From contig CAWGBO010000006.1 in NCBI GenBank assembly GCA_963820845.1, positions 137,838 to 201,837 on the forward strand: a stretch of DNA of 64,000 nucleotides, read 5' to 3'. A program made the translations under genes and the position numbers. The notes below the pieces were generated by a model, which saw only the letters and a list, made by a program, of their open reading frames with translations, was not told where the DNA came from and did not search any database. Origin of the DNA: an uncultured Actinomycetes bacterium (GTDB lineage: Bacteria > Actinomycetota > Thermoleophilia > Gaiellales > Gaiellaceae). Every line of letters begins with the position of its first letter. Position 1 is the first letter of the stretch. Below, piece after piece: positions 46,097-64,000 of the stretch.

Positions 46097-46797
46097 GCGG
46101 GCGCCGCCTGCCAGTCCGGGTGCGCGGCGAGGAACTCCTCGGCCTTGCGCAGGTCCTTCGGCGTGTTGACGGTGAGCCAGGTGCCTTCGTGGCGGTAGGC
46201 GAAGAGCTTGCCCTCCTCCGCGAGCTCGGGGAAGGTGCTCGTCTCGTGGTCGCCGCGCTCGGGCAGGCGGGCGAGCGCCTCCGTCGTCGAGCACGTAGAC
46301 GCCGGAGTTGACCCAGTGCGGGAGCTTGGGCGCCTCCTTGAAGCCGGTGACGCGGTCGCCGTCGGCGAGGTCGACGACCCCGAACGGCGAGTGCGACCTG
46401 CGCGACGACGACCGTCGCGGCGCCGCCGTGGCGAGCGGTGCGCGCCGAGCAGCGCGCTCAGGTCGACGTCGAGGATCTCGTCGCCGTTCAGCGCGAAGAC
46501 GGGCCCTTCCTCCGCGCGGTGCGCGGCCGCGAACCGGAGCCCGCCGCCACGGCCGAGCGGCTCGGGCTCGCCGACCGCGACGATCTCGGCGCCGAGGCCG
46601 GAGAGGGTCTCCTGGAACAGCGGCTCGTGCCCGGCGCGACAGCCGATGATCACGCGGGTGACGCCGGCGCCGACGAGCCGCAGCACCTGGTACTCGGCGA
46701 GCGGCCTCCCGCCGACGCGGACGAGCGGCTTGGGAAGCCCGCCCGCGGCGTCGCCGAGACGCTCCGCCTTGCCTCCCGCGAGGACGAGCGCCTCCAT
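46093..46797 (-). pseudogene. NTP-transferase (mannose-1-phosphate guanylyltransferase-like), two compensating frameshifts
   Basis: MEALVLAGGKAERLG...LPKPLVRVGGRPL... and the C-terminus ...FPELAEEGKLFAYRHEGTWLTVNTPKDL share one frame. The middle (SPFGVVDLADGDRVTGFKEAPKLPHWVNSGVYVL) is only readable in another frame. Confidence 0.65.
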
Positions 46798-48147
46798 CAG
46801 CGCCGGACCCGCGGCTCCGGCTCCTCCGTCTCGGGCAGGGCCGAGAACGGAGAGGTCGGACGGCCGACGCCCTCGTAGGCGAAGCCGGCTGCGCGGACCT
46901 GCGTGCGGGTCGAGCAGGTTGCGCCCGTCGACGATGAGCGGGTTGCGCATCGCTGCGCGGACCTCGTCGCAGGCGAGGTCGCGCAGCTCGTCCCACTCGG
47001 TCACGATCACGGCCGCGTCGGCACCCGTGACGGCCTCGAGCGGCGAGTCGCAGAGCGTCGCGCCGCGCAGCTCGTCGCGCGGCGTCGGCGACCGGATCCC
47101 ACGCCGTGACCTCGGCGCCCTCGGCGAGCAGGCGCGCGGCGAGCACGATCGAGGCCGCCTCGCGCAGGTCGTCGGTGCCGGCCTTGTACGCGAGGCCGAG
47201 CAGCGCGATGCGCTTCCCCGCGAGCGTGGCCGAGATGCTTCTTGAGCTTCCCGACGACGCGCCGCTTCTGCAGCTCGTTGACCTCGATCACCGAGTTCAG
47301 GAGCTGGAAGTGGTAGCCGGAGTTCCCGGCGAGCTGCTTCAGCGCGGAGACGTCCTTCGGGAAGCACGAGCCGCCGTAGCCGATCCCGGCGCGCAGGAAG
47401 TGCGGGCCGATCCGCCGGTCGAGGCCCATCCCGCGCGCGACCTCCATCGACGTCGGCGCCGCGTCACCTCGCAGACGTTCGCGATCTCGTTGATGAAGCT
47501 GATCCGCGTCGCGAGGAACGCGTTCGAGGCGAGCTTGATCATCTCGGCCGAGTGGACGTCGGTCCGCACGACCTCGGTGTCGAGGCCCTCGTAGAGCGCG
47601 GCAACCGCGTCGCAGGTCGGCCTCCGAGTAGGCGCCGACGACGACGCGGTCGGGCTGCATGAAGTCGCGCAGCGCCGTGCCCTCGGCGAGGAACTCGGGG
47701 TTCGAGACGTAGGCGACGTGGCCGAGCCCGCGCGCCTCGAGGGCCGCGCGCACCTTGTCGCCCGTCCCCACGGGGACGGTGGACTTCATCACGAGCGTCG
47801 CCTGCGTCTCGGCGCGGCAGCTCGTCGAGCGACCGTCCAGATCGCGGAGAGGTCGGCGTCGCCCGAGTACGTCGGCGGCGTCCCGACGCAGACGAAGAGC
47901 AGACTCCGCACCGCGTCGCGACCTCGCGCGCGTCGAGCGTGAACGTGAGGCGGTCGCGGTTCCGCTCGATCAGCTCGGGCAGCCCGTGCTCGTGGATCGG
48001 CACGCCGCCGGCCCGCAGCGCCTCGATCTTCTCGGGCACGACGTCCCGGATCACCACGTCGTGACCGAGGTCGGCGAAGCACGCGCCGGTGACGAGCCCC
48101 ACCCAGCCCGCGCCGAAGATTCCGATGCCCGCCCTGGTCTCGGTCAT
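46797..48147 (-). pseudogene. UDP-glucose/GDP-mannose 6-dehydrogenase family, several frameshifts
   Basis: IGIFGAGWVGLVTGACFADLGHDV; [10 protein letters not shown]; [14 protein letters not shown]; [13 protein letters not shown]; PLIVDGRNLLDP. Confidence 0.75.
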
Positions 48148-48160
48148 GCCGGAGGCCAGC

Positions 48161-50093
48161 TTACCCGCGGTATGTTCGGAGTCCTTTAGCGATCGCGAGC
48201 ATCGTCTCGTTGGACAACGAGTCCTGGAGCGTGTTCACGACCCAGTAGGACACGCCGTTCCAGCGCAGCACGACCATGTGGAGATGCGGGCCCGAGTAGT
48301 AGAGGTCGTACGGGCGGCCCCTGAGGATGTGCGTCGAGTTCTTGCCGGCGAGGATCGGCGCGTCCAGCCAGTCGGTCTCCTCGATCCCCCAGTACTCGGT
48401 GCCGCCCGTGCGGTAGACGAGCCGCAGCGCGCGGTGCTTCTTGTCGAGCCAGTAGACGCGGTTCGCCTCCTCGAGGTCGGGGGACGACGAGCGCTCCATC
48501 ACCGAGGGCACCATCGCCCTGAACGGCAGCTTGCGCTGGGCGTCGCGAACGAGGGTCTGCGACATCGCCGGGTCGAAGACGACGTTGGCCTTGACCGGAG
48601 CCGGCGTCTCGTCGACCGGTGCCGGCGCGATCGTGCCGTGGAAGGTCTGGCCGACGACCGCGACGAGCATCGAGCCGTACGCGGGGATCGTCGCGGGGAG
48701 CACGGCGACGTCGGCGTCCCCGAACAGGTTCGCGACCGCGGTCGCCGCCGCCTTCGCCCCCGGCCGGGACGGGTCGTAGTAGACCGTCGAGTGGAAGTAG
48801 GCGAAGTTCGGCGCGTTCGCCGGCTGGCCGCTCGGGGGCACGACGATCTCGTACCCGCGGCGGGCGAACTGGTAGCCGGCGGTCGCCGCCGATCCGGTCA
48901 CGCCGTTGCCGTTGAGGACGAGCAGCGTGGTCTTCTGCGGGGGCGGCGCCGCGTTCTTGACCTTCTGCCCGAGCGTGACGTCGGTCGCCTTCGTCGGCGC
49001 CTGGACGTCGGGGCTCGTGAACTCGCGAATCGCGTCCTGCAGGTTCTGGTCGGACGTCGTCACGTTGGAGTAGCCGGTCAGGCCCTGGATCTTGGCCTGG
49101 AAGAAGTGACCCGCGGGAAGGCCGTACGCGAACAGCGCGTAGGAGAGCACCGTCCTGCCGGTCAGCCCGTCGCCGCCGCCGACCCCGACCTCGACGTTCT
49201 TCGTGATCGCGCCGACGATCCCCGGCAGCTTGAACGGCGAGAAGTTGTTCTGGATCTGCTGCTTCAGCGCCTTCACGAACTCCTGCTGGCGGATCACGCG
49301 GTAGAAGTCGGAGTCGGTGTGGCGGAAGCGGACGAAGCTGAGCGCGTCGTTGCCGTTCAGCCGCTGGTAGCCCGGCGTGGAGGTCGATGTCGGCGTAGTT
49401 CGTCGCGGCGGAGCCGGTGTTCTTGTTGTAGTAGCGGCGGTCGACGTCCATCCAGACGCCGCCGAGCTTGTCGACGATCTGCTTGAAGCCGTGGAAGTTG
49501 ACGGTGATCAGGTAGTTGATCGGGAGCCCGGTCAGGTCCTTCACCGTCTCGAGCGTGCCGCGCGCGCCGCACTCGGCGTAGGCCGCGTTGATCTTGCCCT
49601 GGAAGGTCGGCTTCCCGGGGCAGGTGACGTTGACGATCATGTCGCGCGGGAACGAGAGCATCGAGATCGCATTGTTCTGCGGGTCGGCGCGCAGCAGCAT
49701 CACCGTGTCGGAGCGGGACGGCGTGCCCTTTGCCTCGTTCGCCCGGTAGTCGTAGCCGGCGATCAGCGCGATCGCAGGCTGGCCGGGCAGCGGGATCGAG
49801 AGCCGCTTCTGGGCGATCTTCATCACCGCGGTGTGGGCGGCGACCGCCTGCACCTCGCGGTTGAAGTAGAGGTAGGCCCCGCCGGCGAGGGCGGCGCCGA
49901 GCACGAGGATCCCCGCCAGCGCCCAGAGCAGGATCCGGCCGGCCCAGCCGAGCTTCGTCCGCGACGGCGGGTCCGGCTGCTTGTAGCGAGCCATCGGCGT
50001 GACCGCGGCCGGCGGAAGGGTCGGCGTGCCGTTGCCGTTCCCGTCGCCCGAGACTCCGCTCCGGCCGATTCCTCTTTTCAGCGTCGTCCGCAT
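48161..50093 (-). pseudogene. LytR-CpsA-Psr (LCP) family cell-envelope phosphotransferase with large C-terminal extension, one frameshift near 49375
   Basis: N-terminal TM segment, then SRSDTVMLLRADPQNNAISMLSFPRDMIV...INYLITVNFHGFKQIVDKLGGV. The other frame continues GYQRLNGNDALSFVRFRHTDSDFYRVIRQQEFVKAL and a LytR_C-like LVLNGNGVTGSAA. Confidence 0.8.
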
Positions 50094-50165
50094 CGAAAAA
50101 TGGGCGCCCGGGAAGGCGCCTGCGAAGCGGAGGATACCGGGATCAGCGGAAGGCGGTCGCGGTTC

Positions 50166-50839
50166 TCAGCCGAGCCGGTGGGCGATCGCCCTCGCGAGCT
50201 TCTGCTCGAAGGCGGCCTGGTACGGCTGCCCGAGGCTGAACATGATCGTCGACACGTTGACGCGGTCGGCGCCGAGGAAGACGAGGTCGAGGTACAGCCT
50301 CACCGGTGTCGTCGCGCCCTGCGGTGTCACTCCGAGCACGAGGCGGTAGGCCGTCGTGCGTGAGGCGACCTTCGGGAACGGGAGCACGCCCTTCGAGAGC
50401 TCCGAGATCGTCGAGCCCTTCGGCGCGGTCGCCGTGATCAGTTGCGAGAAGCACTGGATCATCGACGGCCGGACGACTCGGGCCCAGCTCGTCTTCGCCT
50501 GCGCGACCGTCTGGAACACGCCGACCGAAGAAGCGACCTGGGAGAAGCCGTCGGGCGCCGTGAACTCGGGGGAGTCGACCTTTCCGGTCTCGACGAGATC
50601 GGACTGGTTCGGGTCGAAGCTCTTGCAGGTGCCCGAGCCGGCGCTCCCGCTCGGCGTGCTCGGCTTGGCCGTCCAGGTCGCCGGGAAGTCGGAGCGCACG
50701 AACCCGACGGCCCTGGCCCGGGCCATGTCGGCGGCGGTGTGCTGCTGGCGCGGGTCTCCGGCGAGCGCCGCTCCGGCCAGAACGGCGGCGGCGAGGAGCG
50801 CCACGACGACGGTGCGGAGCATGGCGGTGATCGTAGACG

Positions 50840-50843
<4 letters not shown>
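50166..50843 (-). CDS. secreted hypothetical protein
   Basis: Signal peptide [22 protein letters not shown]. The start is either GTG 50843 (overlapping the metH stop) or ATG 50822. No family recognised. Confidence 0.5.
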
Positions 50844-54431
<3,588 letters not shown>

Positions 54432-54557
54432 CGCTCTCAGTCTCGTCTCGGCCTCCGATCATCCGGTACCTCCGTCATCGCCCAGAGAGGTCCGGTGCGG
54501 ACTGCACCGACGGGCTCTTTAGGCGTTTTTTACCCGGTCGCCAAGCTGCCGTTCAAA

Positions 54558-54579
54558 GCTCTCCAGGTAGCGGGAGAGC
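54558..54579 (-). terminator. hairpin downstream of atpC (putative intrinsic terminator)
   Basis: The minus strand reads GCTCTCC-cgctacct-GGAGAGC followed by TTTG, about 20 nt after the corrected atpC stop. Confidence 0.5.
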
Positions 54580-54599
54580 CTAGCAGCGGCGGCGGACTG

Positions 54600-57423
<2,824 letters not shown>

Positions 57424-57425
57424 AG

Positions 57426-57911
57426 CTAGAAGTCGCCCTGCGTGAGAGCGAGGCCCTTGTGGCGTACCGCGCGCACGGCGGCCGGAACCTGCGGCAGCCC
57501 GCGCGAGTCGCTGTCGAACGAGACGGGGACCGGGGTCACGATCGCCGGCCCCTGCTGGAGCAGGCGCGGCGGCGACGGCGCATGCGCGCGACCCGAGCCG
57601 ACGGCGCCGAAGAGCGAGCCGAGCCCGACCGACGCGGCGACGAGCGCGGCTGCGGCTCCGAACTGTGCGGCCCGCCGCATCGTGCGGCGGCGCGCGGGCA
57701 GCGAGACGGGCCGCTCGAGCGACTCGAGCTCGGCGGTGCGCAGGGCCGTCGTGAAGCCGGCCGCATCGGCGGCGAACGCGCGGCAGACCGCGCAGCGCGC
57801 AAGGTGCGCCTCCAGCATCAGGCCCTCGAGCTCCGAGAGCTCGCCGTCGAGCTCGAGCGAGAGCCAGGCCTTCGCGCGATCACAGTTGTGCGGAAGCGTT
57901 GCCATCTCCAT
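57426..57911 (-). CDS. anti-sigma factor with zf-HC2 motif and one TM helix
   Basis: The HLARCAVC motif (H-x3-C-x2-C) comes after an N-terminal helix, followed by the central TM helix AAQFGAAAALVAASVGLGSLFGAV. Confidence 0.55.
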   Translation of the reverse strand: MEMATLPHNCDRAKAWLSLELDGELSELEGLMLEAHLARCAVCRAFAADAAGFTTALRTAELESLERPVSLPARRRTMRRAAQFGAAAALVAASVGLGSLFGAVGSGRAHAPSPPRLLQQGPAIVTPVPVSFDSDSRGLPQVPAAVRAVRHKGLALTQGDF

Positions 57912-57959
57912 CCGTTCTGACGGTAGTCCGGAAAGATAGTTAGCGTCGTTAGCGATTGC

Positions 57960-58329
57960 TTAGAAAAGCGTGTACCGGGGATCGGCAGCCAGGCCGATCA
58001 GGATGAGCGCGAACCCCGCCGAGACGAACACGGCGGAGAGGTTGATCGTCTCCTCGCGCTCGCTCGGCGTCGCCCAGCGGACGATCCGGTTGCCGAGCAC
58101 GAACGGCCCGGTCAGCTCCGTATCTTCGTTCTTGACGCGCACCGGCCCGCGGTTGCCGACGAAGAACCCCGAGATCAGGAAGAAGCAGCCGACGACAGTG
58201 AGCCCGAGCGAGATCGAGCGGGCGACCCCGGCTCCGAACAGCAGTCCGAGCGCCAGCGAGACGACCGTGACGACCGCCGACCACGCCGGTGAGGAGAACA
58301 GCGATGCGGCGGAGTGCCGCCCTGACCAT
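57960..58329 (-). pseudogene. small membrane protein, one frameshift near 58270
   Basis: [19 protein letters not shown] joins [17 protein letters not shown]...[32 protein letters not shown]...AGFALILIGLAADPRYTLF* in the next frame. Confidence 0.45.
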
Positions 58330-58338
58330 GACGTAACG

Positions 58339-59381
58339 CTAGCTCGCGACCGGCTCGCCGGAGCGCTCTCGCATCTCGGCTTCGGTCAGCGGCCAGCCCT
58401 CGAGCGGGTAGTGGCAGGCGGCGATGTGGTCGTGCCCGAACTCCCGGATCGGCGGATCGTCGACGTCGCAGACGCCCTCGTGGAAGCGCGGGCAGCGCGG
58501 ATGGAACCGGCAAGCCGGTCGGCGGGTTGATCGGGCTCGGGACGTCGCCCTCGAGCACGATCCGCTTGCGCTGCCGGCCGAGCTCGGGATCGGGCACGGG
58601 CACGGCCGAGAGCAGCGCGCCCGTGTACGGGTGCTTCGGCGCGCTGTAGAGCTCGTCGCGTCCGCGAACTCGGCGACCGTGCCGAGGTACATCACCATCA
58701 CGCGGTCGAGATGTGGCGGACGACGTTCAGGTCGTGCGCGATGAAGACGTAGGTGAGGCCGAACTCGTCCTGCAGGTCCTTGAGCAGGTTCAGGATCTGC
58801 GCCTGCACCGAGACGTCGAGCGCCGAGACCGGCTCGTCGCAGACGATCAGCTTCGGGTTGACGGCGAGGGCGCGCGCGACGCCGATGCGCTGGCGCTGAC
58901 CGCCGGAGAACTCGTGCGGGAACCGGTTGTAGTGCTCCGGGTTGAGGCCGACGATCTCGAGCAGCTCCTGGACGCGCCGCTTGATCTCGGCGGTCGTGCC
59001 CGATCTTGTGCACCTCGAGCGCCTCGCCGACGATGAAGCCGACCCGCTTGCGGGGATTCAGCGAGGCGTACGGGTCCTGGAAGATCATCATCATCTCGCG
59101 CCGGATCGGCCGCATCTCCGCCTGCGCTGATGGACGTGATGTCGCGCCCGTCGAAGGTGATCTTGCCGCCGGTCGGGTCGAGCAGGCGCATGATGCAGCG
59201 CGCCATCGTCGACTTGCCGCAGCCGGACTCGCCGACGACGCCGAGCGTCTCGCCGCGGTTGACGCGTGAACGAGACGCCGTCGACCGCCTTCACGGAGGC
59301 GACCTGCTTCTGGAAGATGATCCCCTGCGTGATCGGGAAGTGCTTCTTGAGGTCCTCGACGACGAGCAGCTCCTCGGCCAC

Positions 59382-59382
<1 letters not shown>
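58339..59382 (-). pseudogene. oligopeptide/dipeptide ABC transporter ATP-binding protein (OppF/DppF-type), frameshifted
   Basis: [34 protein letters not shown]; GESGCGKST-like Walker A; [14 protein letters not shown]; C-terminal oligopeptide-ABC extension ...CRFHPRCP.... Confidence 0.75.
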
Positions 59383-60411
<1,029 letters not shown>

Positions 60412-60412
<1 letters not shown>

Positions 60413-61385
60413 CAGCTGAGGCGTGATCCTCGGATCGATCCAGGCGTAGAGCGACGTCGACGAGGACGTTGAAGACGATGATGCAGAGCGTCGCGAAGAT
60501 CGACGACCCCCTCGAGCGTCGGCAGGTCGAAGCCCTCGAGCGCCTGGTCACCGTGAGCTTCCCGAGCCCGGGAAGGCCGAAGATCGTCTCGGTGAAGATC
60601 GCGCCGCCGAGCGCGATGCCGATGTCCATCCCGAGCATCGTCACGACCGGCAGCATGGCGTTGCGGAGCACGTGCGAGCGCATCACCTGCGACTCGGGCG
60701 CGCCCTTGGCGCGCGCGGTGCGCACGTAGTCCTCGTTCATGGTGTCCATCACGTTCGCGCGGATCATCCGGACGTAGATCGCCGCGAACAGGATCGCGAA
60801 CGTCATCCACGGCAGGATCAGGTGGTAGGCCCAGTCGACCGGGCCGCCGCAGCCGCCCTGCGGGTTCAGCAGGTCGCAGTAGCCGGCGTTCGGTGTCCAG
60901 CCGAGCTTGTAGCCGATGAAGTACTGGAGGATGAGCCCGATCCAGATCACCGGGGCGCGAGATCCCGATCAGGACGAAGACCATCGCCGACCTGTCTAAC
61001 AGCGATCGCGGGCGGAGCGCCGAGAGGATCCCGATCGGCAGCGCGATCGCCATCCAGAGGATCACGCCGCCGAGGACGAGGGACGCCGTGACGGGCGCTG
61101 CCTGCAGGATCACCTTGTTGACGTCCTGGCGGTTGGTGAACGACCGGCCGAGCGAGTGGTGCAGCACGAGGCGCTTCATGAACAGCATGTACTGCACGGG
61201 CACGGGCTTGTCGAGGCCGAGGAAGTGGCGCGCGCGCGCGACCGTCTCCGGTGTCGCGCGCTGCCCGACCGCGAGCCGCGCCGGGTCGGCGGGGATGATG
61301 AAGAAGATGACGTACGTGATCGACCGTGACCGCGATGAACAGGACCACCTGCCCAGAGCAAACGGCGGATGAGGTAGCGGAACAC
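60412..61385 (-). pseudogene. peptide ABC transporter permease (OppB/DppB-type), frameshifted
   Basis: MFRYLIRRLLWA; PVQYMLFMKRLVLHHSLGRSF; DYVRTARAKGAPESQVMRSHVLRNAMLPVVTMLGMDIG...ETIFGLPGLG; C-terminus ...DPRI(RLS)*. Confidence 0.75.
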
Positions 61386-61440
61386 GGGGGATCAGATTCT
61401 ATCGGAGCGCATGGGGTTCCAGACCGAGACGAAATGGTGA

Positions 61441-61470
61441 GTGTGGCGCCGGCCGAAGCCGGCGCCACAC
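61441..61470 (-). terminator. 13-bp GC stem with UUCG tetraloop between the binding-protein and permease genes (attenuator/mRNA stabiliser)
   Basis: GTGTGGCGCCGGC-cgaa-GCCGGCGCCACAC is a perfect palindrome. The loop reads UUCG on the transcribed (minus) strand. Confidence 0.55.
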
Positions 61471-61490
61471 TCGTTCCGAGCTGTGCGTCG

Positions 61491-63161
61491 TTACTTGATG
61501 CAGACGGCCGCGAGGTCGACCGAGAAGACCGGCGTGAACACGAAGCAACCGGTGCGAGCCGACACAAAGATCTGGTCGTTGATCGTCGCACGCGATGCCC
61601 ATGGGGCCGCGTTCTTCGTGATGTCGACGTCAAGTGCGCCGTACGTGTTGTAGCGGGGATTGCCCACGAGCCGCGAGGCCGCGAGCATCGCCTTGTTGTA
61701 CTTCGGATCGTTGAAGTACGCGATGTTGTTGTTGTTCGACGCGTGCAGGCTGTCACCCGACAGGAGCACGTTGATGAAGTCGAACGGGTCCGCGTAGTCG
61801 GCGATCCAGCCCTCGGTCGTGAAGTCGAACGGTGCGCCGCGGGTGCCTTCCTTCTCGATCTGGACAGCGCGGGCGAACTGGTCGACCTCGACGTTGAGCC
61901 CGATCTGCTTCAGGTTGAACTGGTAGATCTGAGCCTGAAGCGGAGCAGCGCCGCGGTTCGAGGTGTAGAGAACCGCGTTGCCGTCACCGGTGTGGCCCTT
62001 CGCCAGCGCCTGCGCCTTGGCAACGGTCGCAGCGGTGACGTTGATCGGGTAGCACGGAGCCGGACCGGTCTTGCACTGCCTGAAGCCGGCCATGCCGGGC
62101 GGCAGGATCTGCACGAGGCGGTCACCGGAGCCGAAGCCGCCCTGGTTGATCAGAGCGCGGCGGTCGATGGCCCAGTTGACGGCCTGCCGGAGCGCAAGGT
62201 TGCCCTTGATCAGCGGCCGGTCGTTGTTCATCGCCAGGTAGCGGATGCCGAGGTACGGCTTGATCCAGACACGACCCTTGTTCACGCCGTACTTGGCGGC
62301 GAGAGGCGCCCACGCCTGCGGGTTGAGACCCTGGGCGGCGTAGTCGGTCGAGCCCGACTCGACGTTCTGCTGGATCACGTCGAGGGTGTTGCCGATCTTG
62401 TAGTCGATCTCGTTCACGTTGTGCGGGCGCGGGCCCTTGTAGAACGTGTTCCGCTTGAGCGTGATCGACTTGTTGGCCGTGCGCGCAGCGATGTAGTACG
62501 GGCCGCAACCGGCGGGCGCGTCAACGCCGTTCGGGTCGAGGCTCGCAGCGAGCTGCGGGTTGATGGCCGAGAAGAACGGCATCGCGAGCCGCGAGAGCAG
62601 ATCCGGCGACGCCTTGTCGAGCGCGATGATCAGCTTGTTACCGGCGACCTTGACGCCCGAGATCGAGCTGGCCTTGCCATTGATCATGGCGTCGGCACCC
62701 GAGATCACGTCCATGAAGGGCTGCGCCGGGGACTGCAGCTTCGGATTCGCGTCACGGTTGAACGCGTCGGCGAAGCTCTTCGCGGTCACGGGCTGCCCGG
62801 TGCTGAACTTGAAGCCGGAGCGGATCGTGAACGTGTAGAGCTTGCCGTTGTTCGTAATCGTGGGGAAGCCCGCCGCAACCTCGGGGGTCAGCTGGGAGCC
62901 CGCAGGCGCCGGCTTGTCCGGGTAGTTGAGCAGCTTGCACGTGGTCGCATACTCGAGCTCCCAGCCACTCGACAGGTAGTCGAGTGCGGGATCGGTGTAG
63001 TCGACGTCGGTCGAGAGCTCGACGTTGAACGTACCGCCTGCGACAGCGTGACCGGCTTTCACCGGAGCGGTCTTGGTCGCCGTGCCGGCCGACGAGGCCG
63101 CCACGAGCAACCCGGCCCCCACGATCGCCACAGCGATGGAAAGCCAGAGCTTTTTGTGCAT
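61491..63161 (-). CDS. peptide ABC transporter substrate-binding protein (family 5, OppA/DppA-type)
   Basis: Intact 556 aa with signal peptide MHKKLWLSIAVAIVGAGLLVAASSAG. SBP_bac_5-like features: YTFTIRSGFKFSTGQPVTAKSF...; codon third positions look less G/C-biased than in neighbouring genes. Confidence 0.8.
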   Translation of the reverse strand: MHKKLWLSIAVAIVGAGLLVAASSAGTATKTAPVKAGHAVAGGTFNVELSTDVDYTDPALDYLSSGWELEYATTCKLLNYPDKPAPAGSQLTPEVAAGFPTITNNGKLYTFTIRSGFKFSTGQPVTAKSFADAFNRDANPKLQSPAQPFMDVISGADAMINGKASSISGVKVAGNKLIIALDKASPDLLSRLAMPFFSAINPQLAASLDPNGVDAPAGCGPYYIAARTANKSITLKRNTFYKGPRPHNVNEIDYKIGNTLDVIQQNVESGSTDYAAQGLNPQAWAPLAAKYGVNKGRVWIKPYLGIRYLAMNNDRPLIKGNLALRQAVNWAIDRRALINQGGFGSGDRLVQILPPGMAGFRQCKTGPAPCYPINVTAATVAKAQALAKGHTGDGNAVLYTSNRGAAPLQAQIYQFNLKQIGLNVEVDQFARAVQIEKEGTRGAPFDFTTEGWIADYADPFDFINVLLSGDSLHASNNNNIAYFNDPKYNKAMLAASRLVGNPRYNTYGALDVDITKNAAPWASRATINDQIFVSARTGCFVFTPVFSVDLAAVCIK

Positions 63162-63289
63162 CGGACTCCTTTCGAATGACCGGAATCTCCGCGTTGCGCG
63201 GAGAACCCGAGGAAAACAGCACCCTCGATCCCCTTTGACGGGCGCGCGGGGAGTTTAGTTAGCGCCGTTGGAAAAGCAAATGGCTGGGC

Positions 63290-64000
63290 CTAGCGGGTCG
63301 TGCGCGGATCGAACGCATCCCGCAGGCCGTCGCCGAGCAGGTTGAACGAAAGCACCGTCGCGATCAGCGCGAGACCGGGCCAGAGCATCAGCAACGGGTC
63401 GGTCGCGTAGTAGTCAGGCGCGGCAGCGAGCAGGTTCCCCCAGCTCGCGGTCGGAAGCTTGATCCCGAGGCCCAGGAACGAGAGGCCGGCCTCGGCGAGG
63501 ATGAACGCCGCGACGTTCAGCGTCGAGAGCACGATCAGCGGCCCGACGAGGTGCGGGAGGATGTGCGAGCGCACGATCCGCAGGTTGCTCGCGCCGACCA
63601 TCCGGGCGGCCTCGACGAACTCCTTCTCGCGCAGCGAGAGCACGATCCCTCTGAACACGCGCGCGGCGTAGAACCAGCTCAAGAAGCCGAAGACGAGGAC
63701 CAGCGTCATCACCCCCTGGCCCAGGAAACCGAAGGTGACGGTGTCGATGCGGCTGCCCACGGTGCTCGCGACTGCGATCACGAAGAGCAGGTACGGGAAG
63801 CACATCGTGATCTCCGTGATCCGCGAGATCAGCGTGTCCGTGTAGCCGCCGTAGAAGCCGGCGAGCGAGCCCATGATCACGCCGAAGAGCATGGTGAGGA
63901 ACGTCGCTCCGAACGCGACCTCGATCGAGACCTGGGCGCCGTAGATGATCCGGAGGAACTCGTCGCGTCCGAGCGACCCGTCGGCGCCGAGGATGAAGAG
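63290..64000 (-). CDS. peptide ABC transporter permease (OppC/DppC-type), 5' end outside window
   Basis: ITMCFPYLLFVIAV...EFVEAARMVGASNLRIVRSHILPHLVGPLIV...SWGNLL...FNLLGDGLRDAFDPR. The frame stays open to the window edge. Confidence 0.8.
   Translation of the reverse strand, partial: LFILGADGSLGRDEFLRIIYGAQVSIEVAFGATFLTMLFGVIMGSLAGFYGGYTDTLISRITEITMCFPYLLFVIAVASTVGSRIDTVTFGFLGQGVMTLVLVFGFLSWFYAARVFRGIVLSLREKEFVEAARMVGASNLRIVRSHILPHLVGPLIVLSTLNVAAFILAEAGLSFLGLGIKLPTASWGNLLAAAPDYYATDPLLMLWPGLALIATVLSFNLLGDGLRDAFDPRTTR

Noticed and set aside
54432-54560. Possible riboswitch (SAM, SAH or cobalamin) in the metH leader
   Set aside because: I could not find the B12 box, SAM-I/IV core or the SAH-element consensus. 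The only clear structures are a 6-bp hairpin (54492-54508) and the atpC terminator hairpin. This needs cmscan to be sure.
61326-63179. 617-aa plus-strand ORF; similar long ORFs at 2420-4069, 5528-7408, 42540-44318 and 48089-49486
   Set aside because: These are antisense shadow ORFs, typical of about 70% GC DNA. Each is exactly opposite a gene with clear family motifs and has Arg/Gly/Asp-rich low-complexity translations.

Overview
High-GC (about 70%) actinobacterial-type chromosomal window. No rRNA, tRNA or CRISPR array was found; the only RNA gene is ssrA (tmRNA, 24496-24856, minus). Content falls into four parts. (1) 1-16.3 kb holds accessory and redox genes: a MauD/MauE-like thiol-redox module with a small Cys-rich secreted protein, SARP and AraC regulators, an aquaporin, a ClC channel and two aldo-keto reductases. 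(2) 16.3-24.5 kb is an integration hotspot downstream of ssrA. A 5.6-kb islet (tyrosine integrase, PadR, ABC ATPase, FtsX-type permease) is bounded by a perfect 27-bp direct repeat of the ssrA 3' end. A degenerate third copy of that repeat lies further out. It delimits an older, more AT-rich islet carrying a C22 homopolymer, a beta-repeat protein with a (GYP)6 tract and an overlapping HEPN (Rx4H) gene. This islet is my best candidate for an undescribed toxin or defence module. (3) 24.9-30.8 kb holds a form-II CoxSLM-type molybdoenzyme cluster flanked by two paralogous double-GNAT genes. (4) 30.8-64 kb is conserved housekeeping on the minus strand: smpB, rnr, ftsX, ftsE, prfB, secA, hpf, comF, mtnA, ahcY, sugar-nucleotide genes, an LCP protein, metH, atpC, atpD and an opp/dpp-type peptide ABC transporter. 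Many of these conserved genes can only be read by joining 2 to more than 8 reading frames, while interleaved genes (smpB, hpf, an S53 peptidase, the peptide-binding protein) are intact. I read this as block-wise consensus indel error rather than true decay, but only reads can settle it. Boundaries of frame-disrupted genes are approximate. All family assignments come from motifs I recognise by eye, not from searches.
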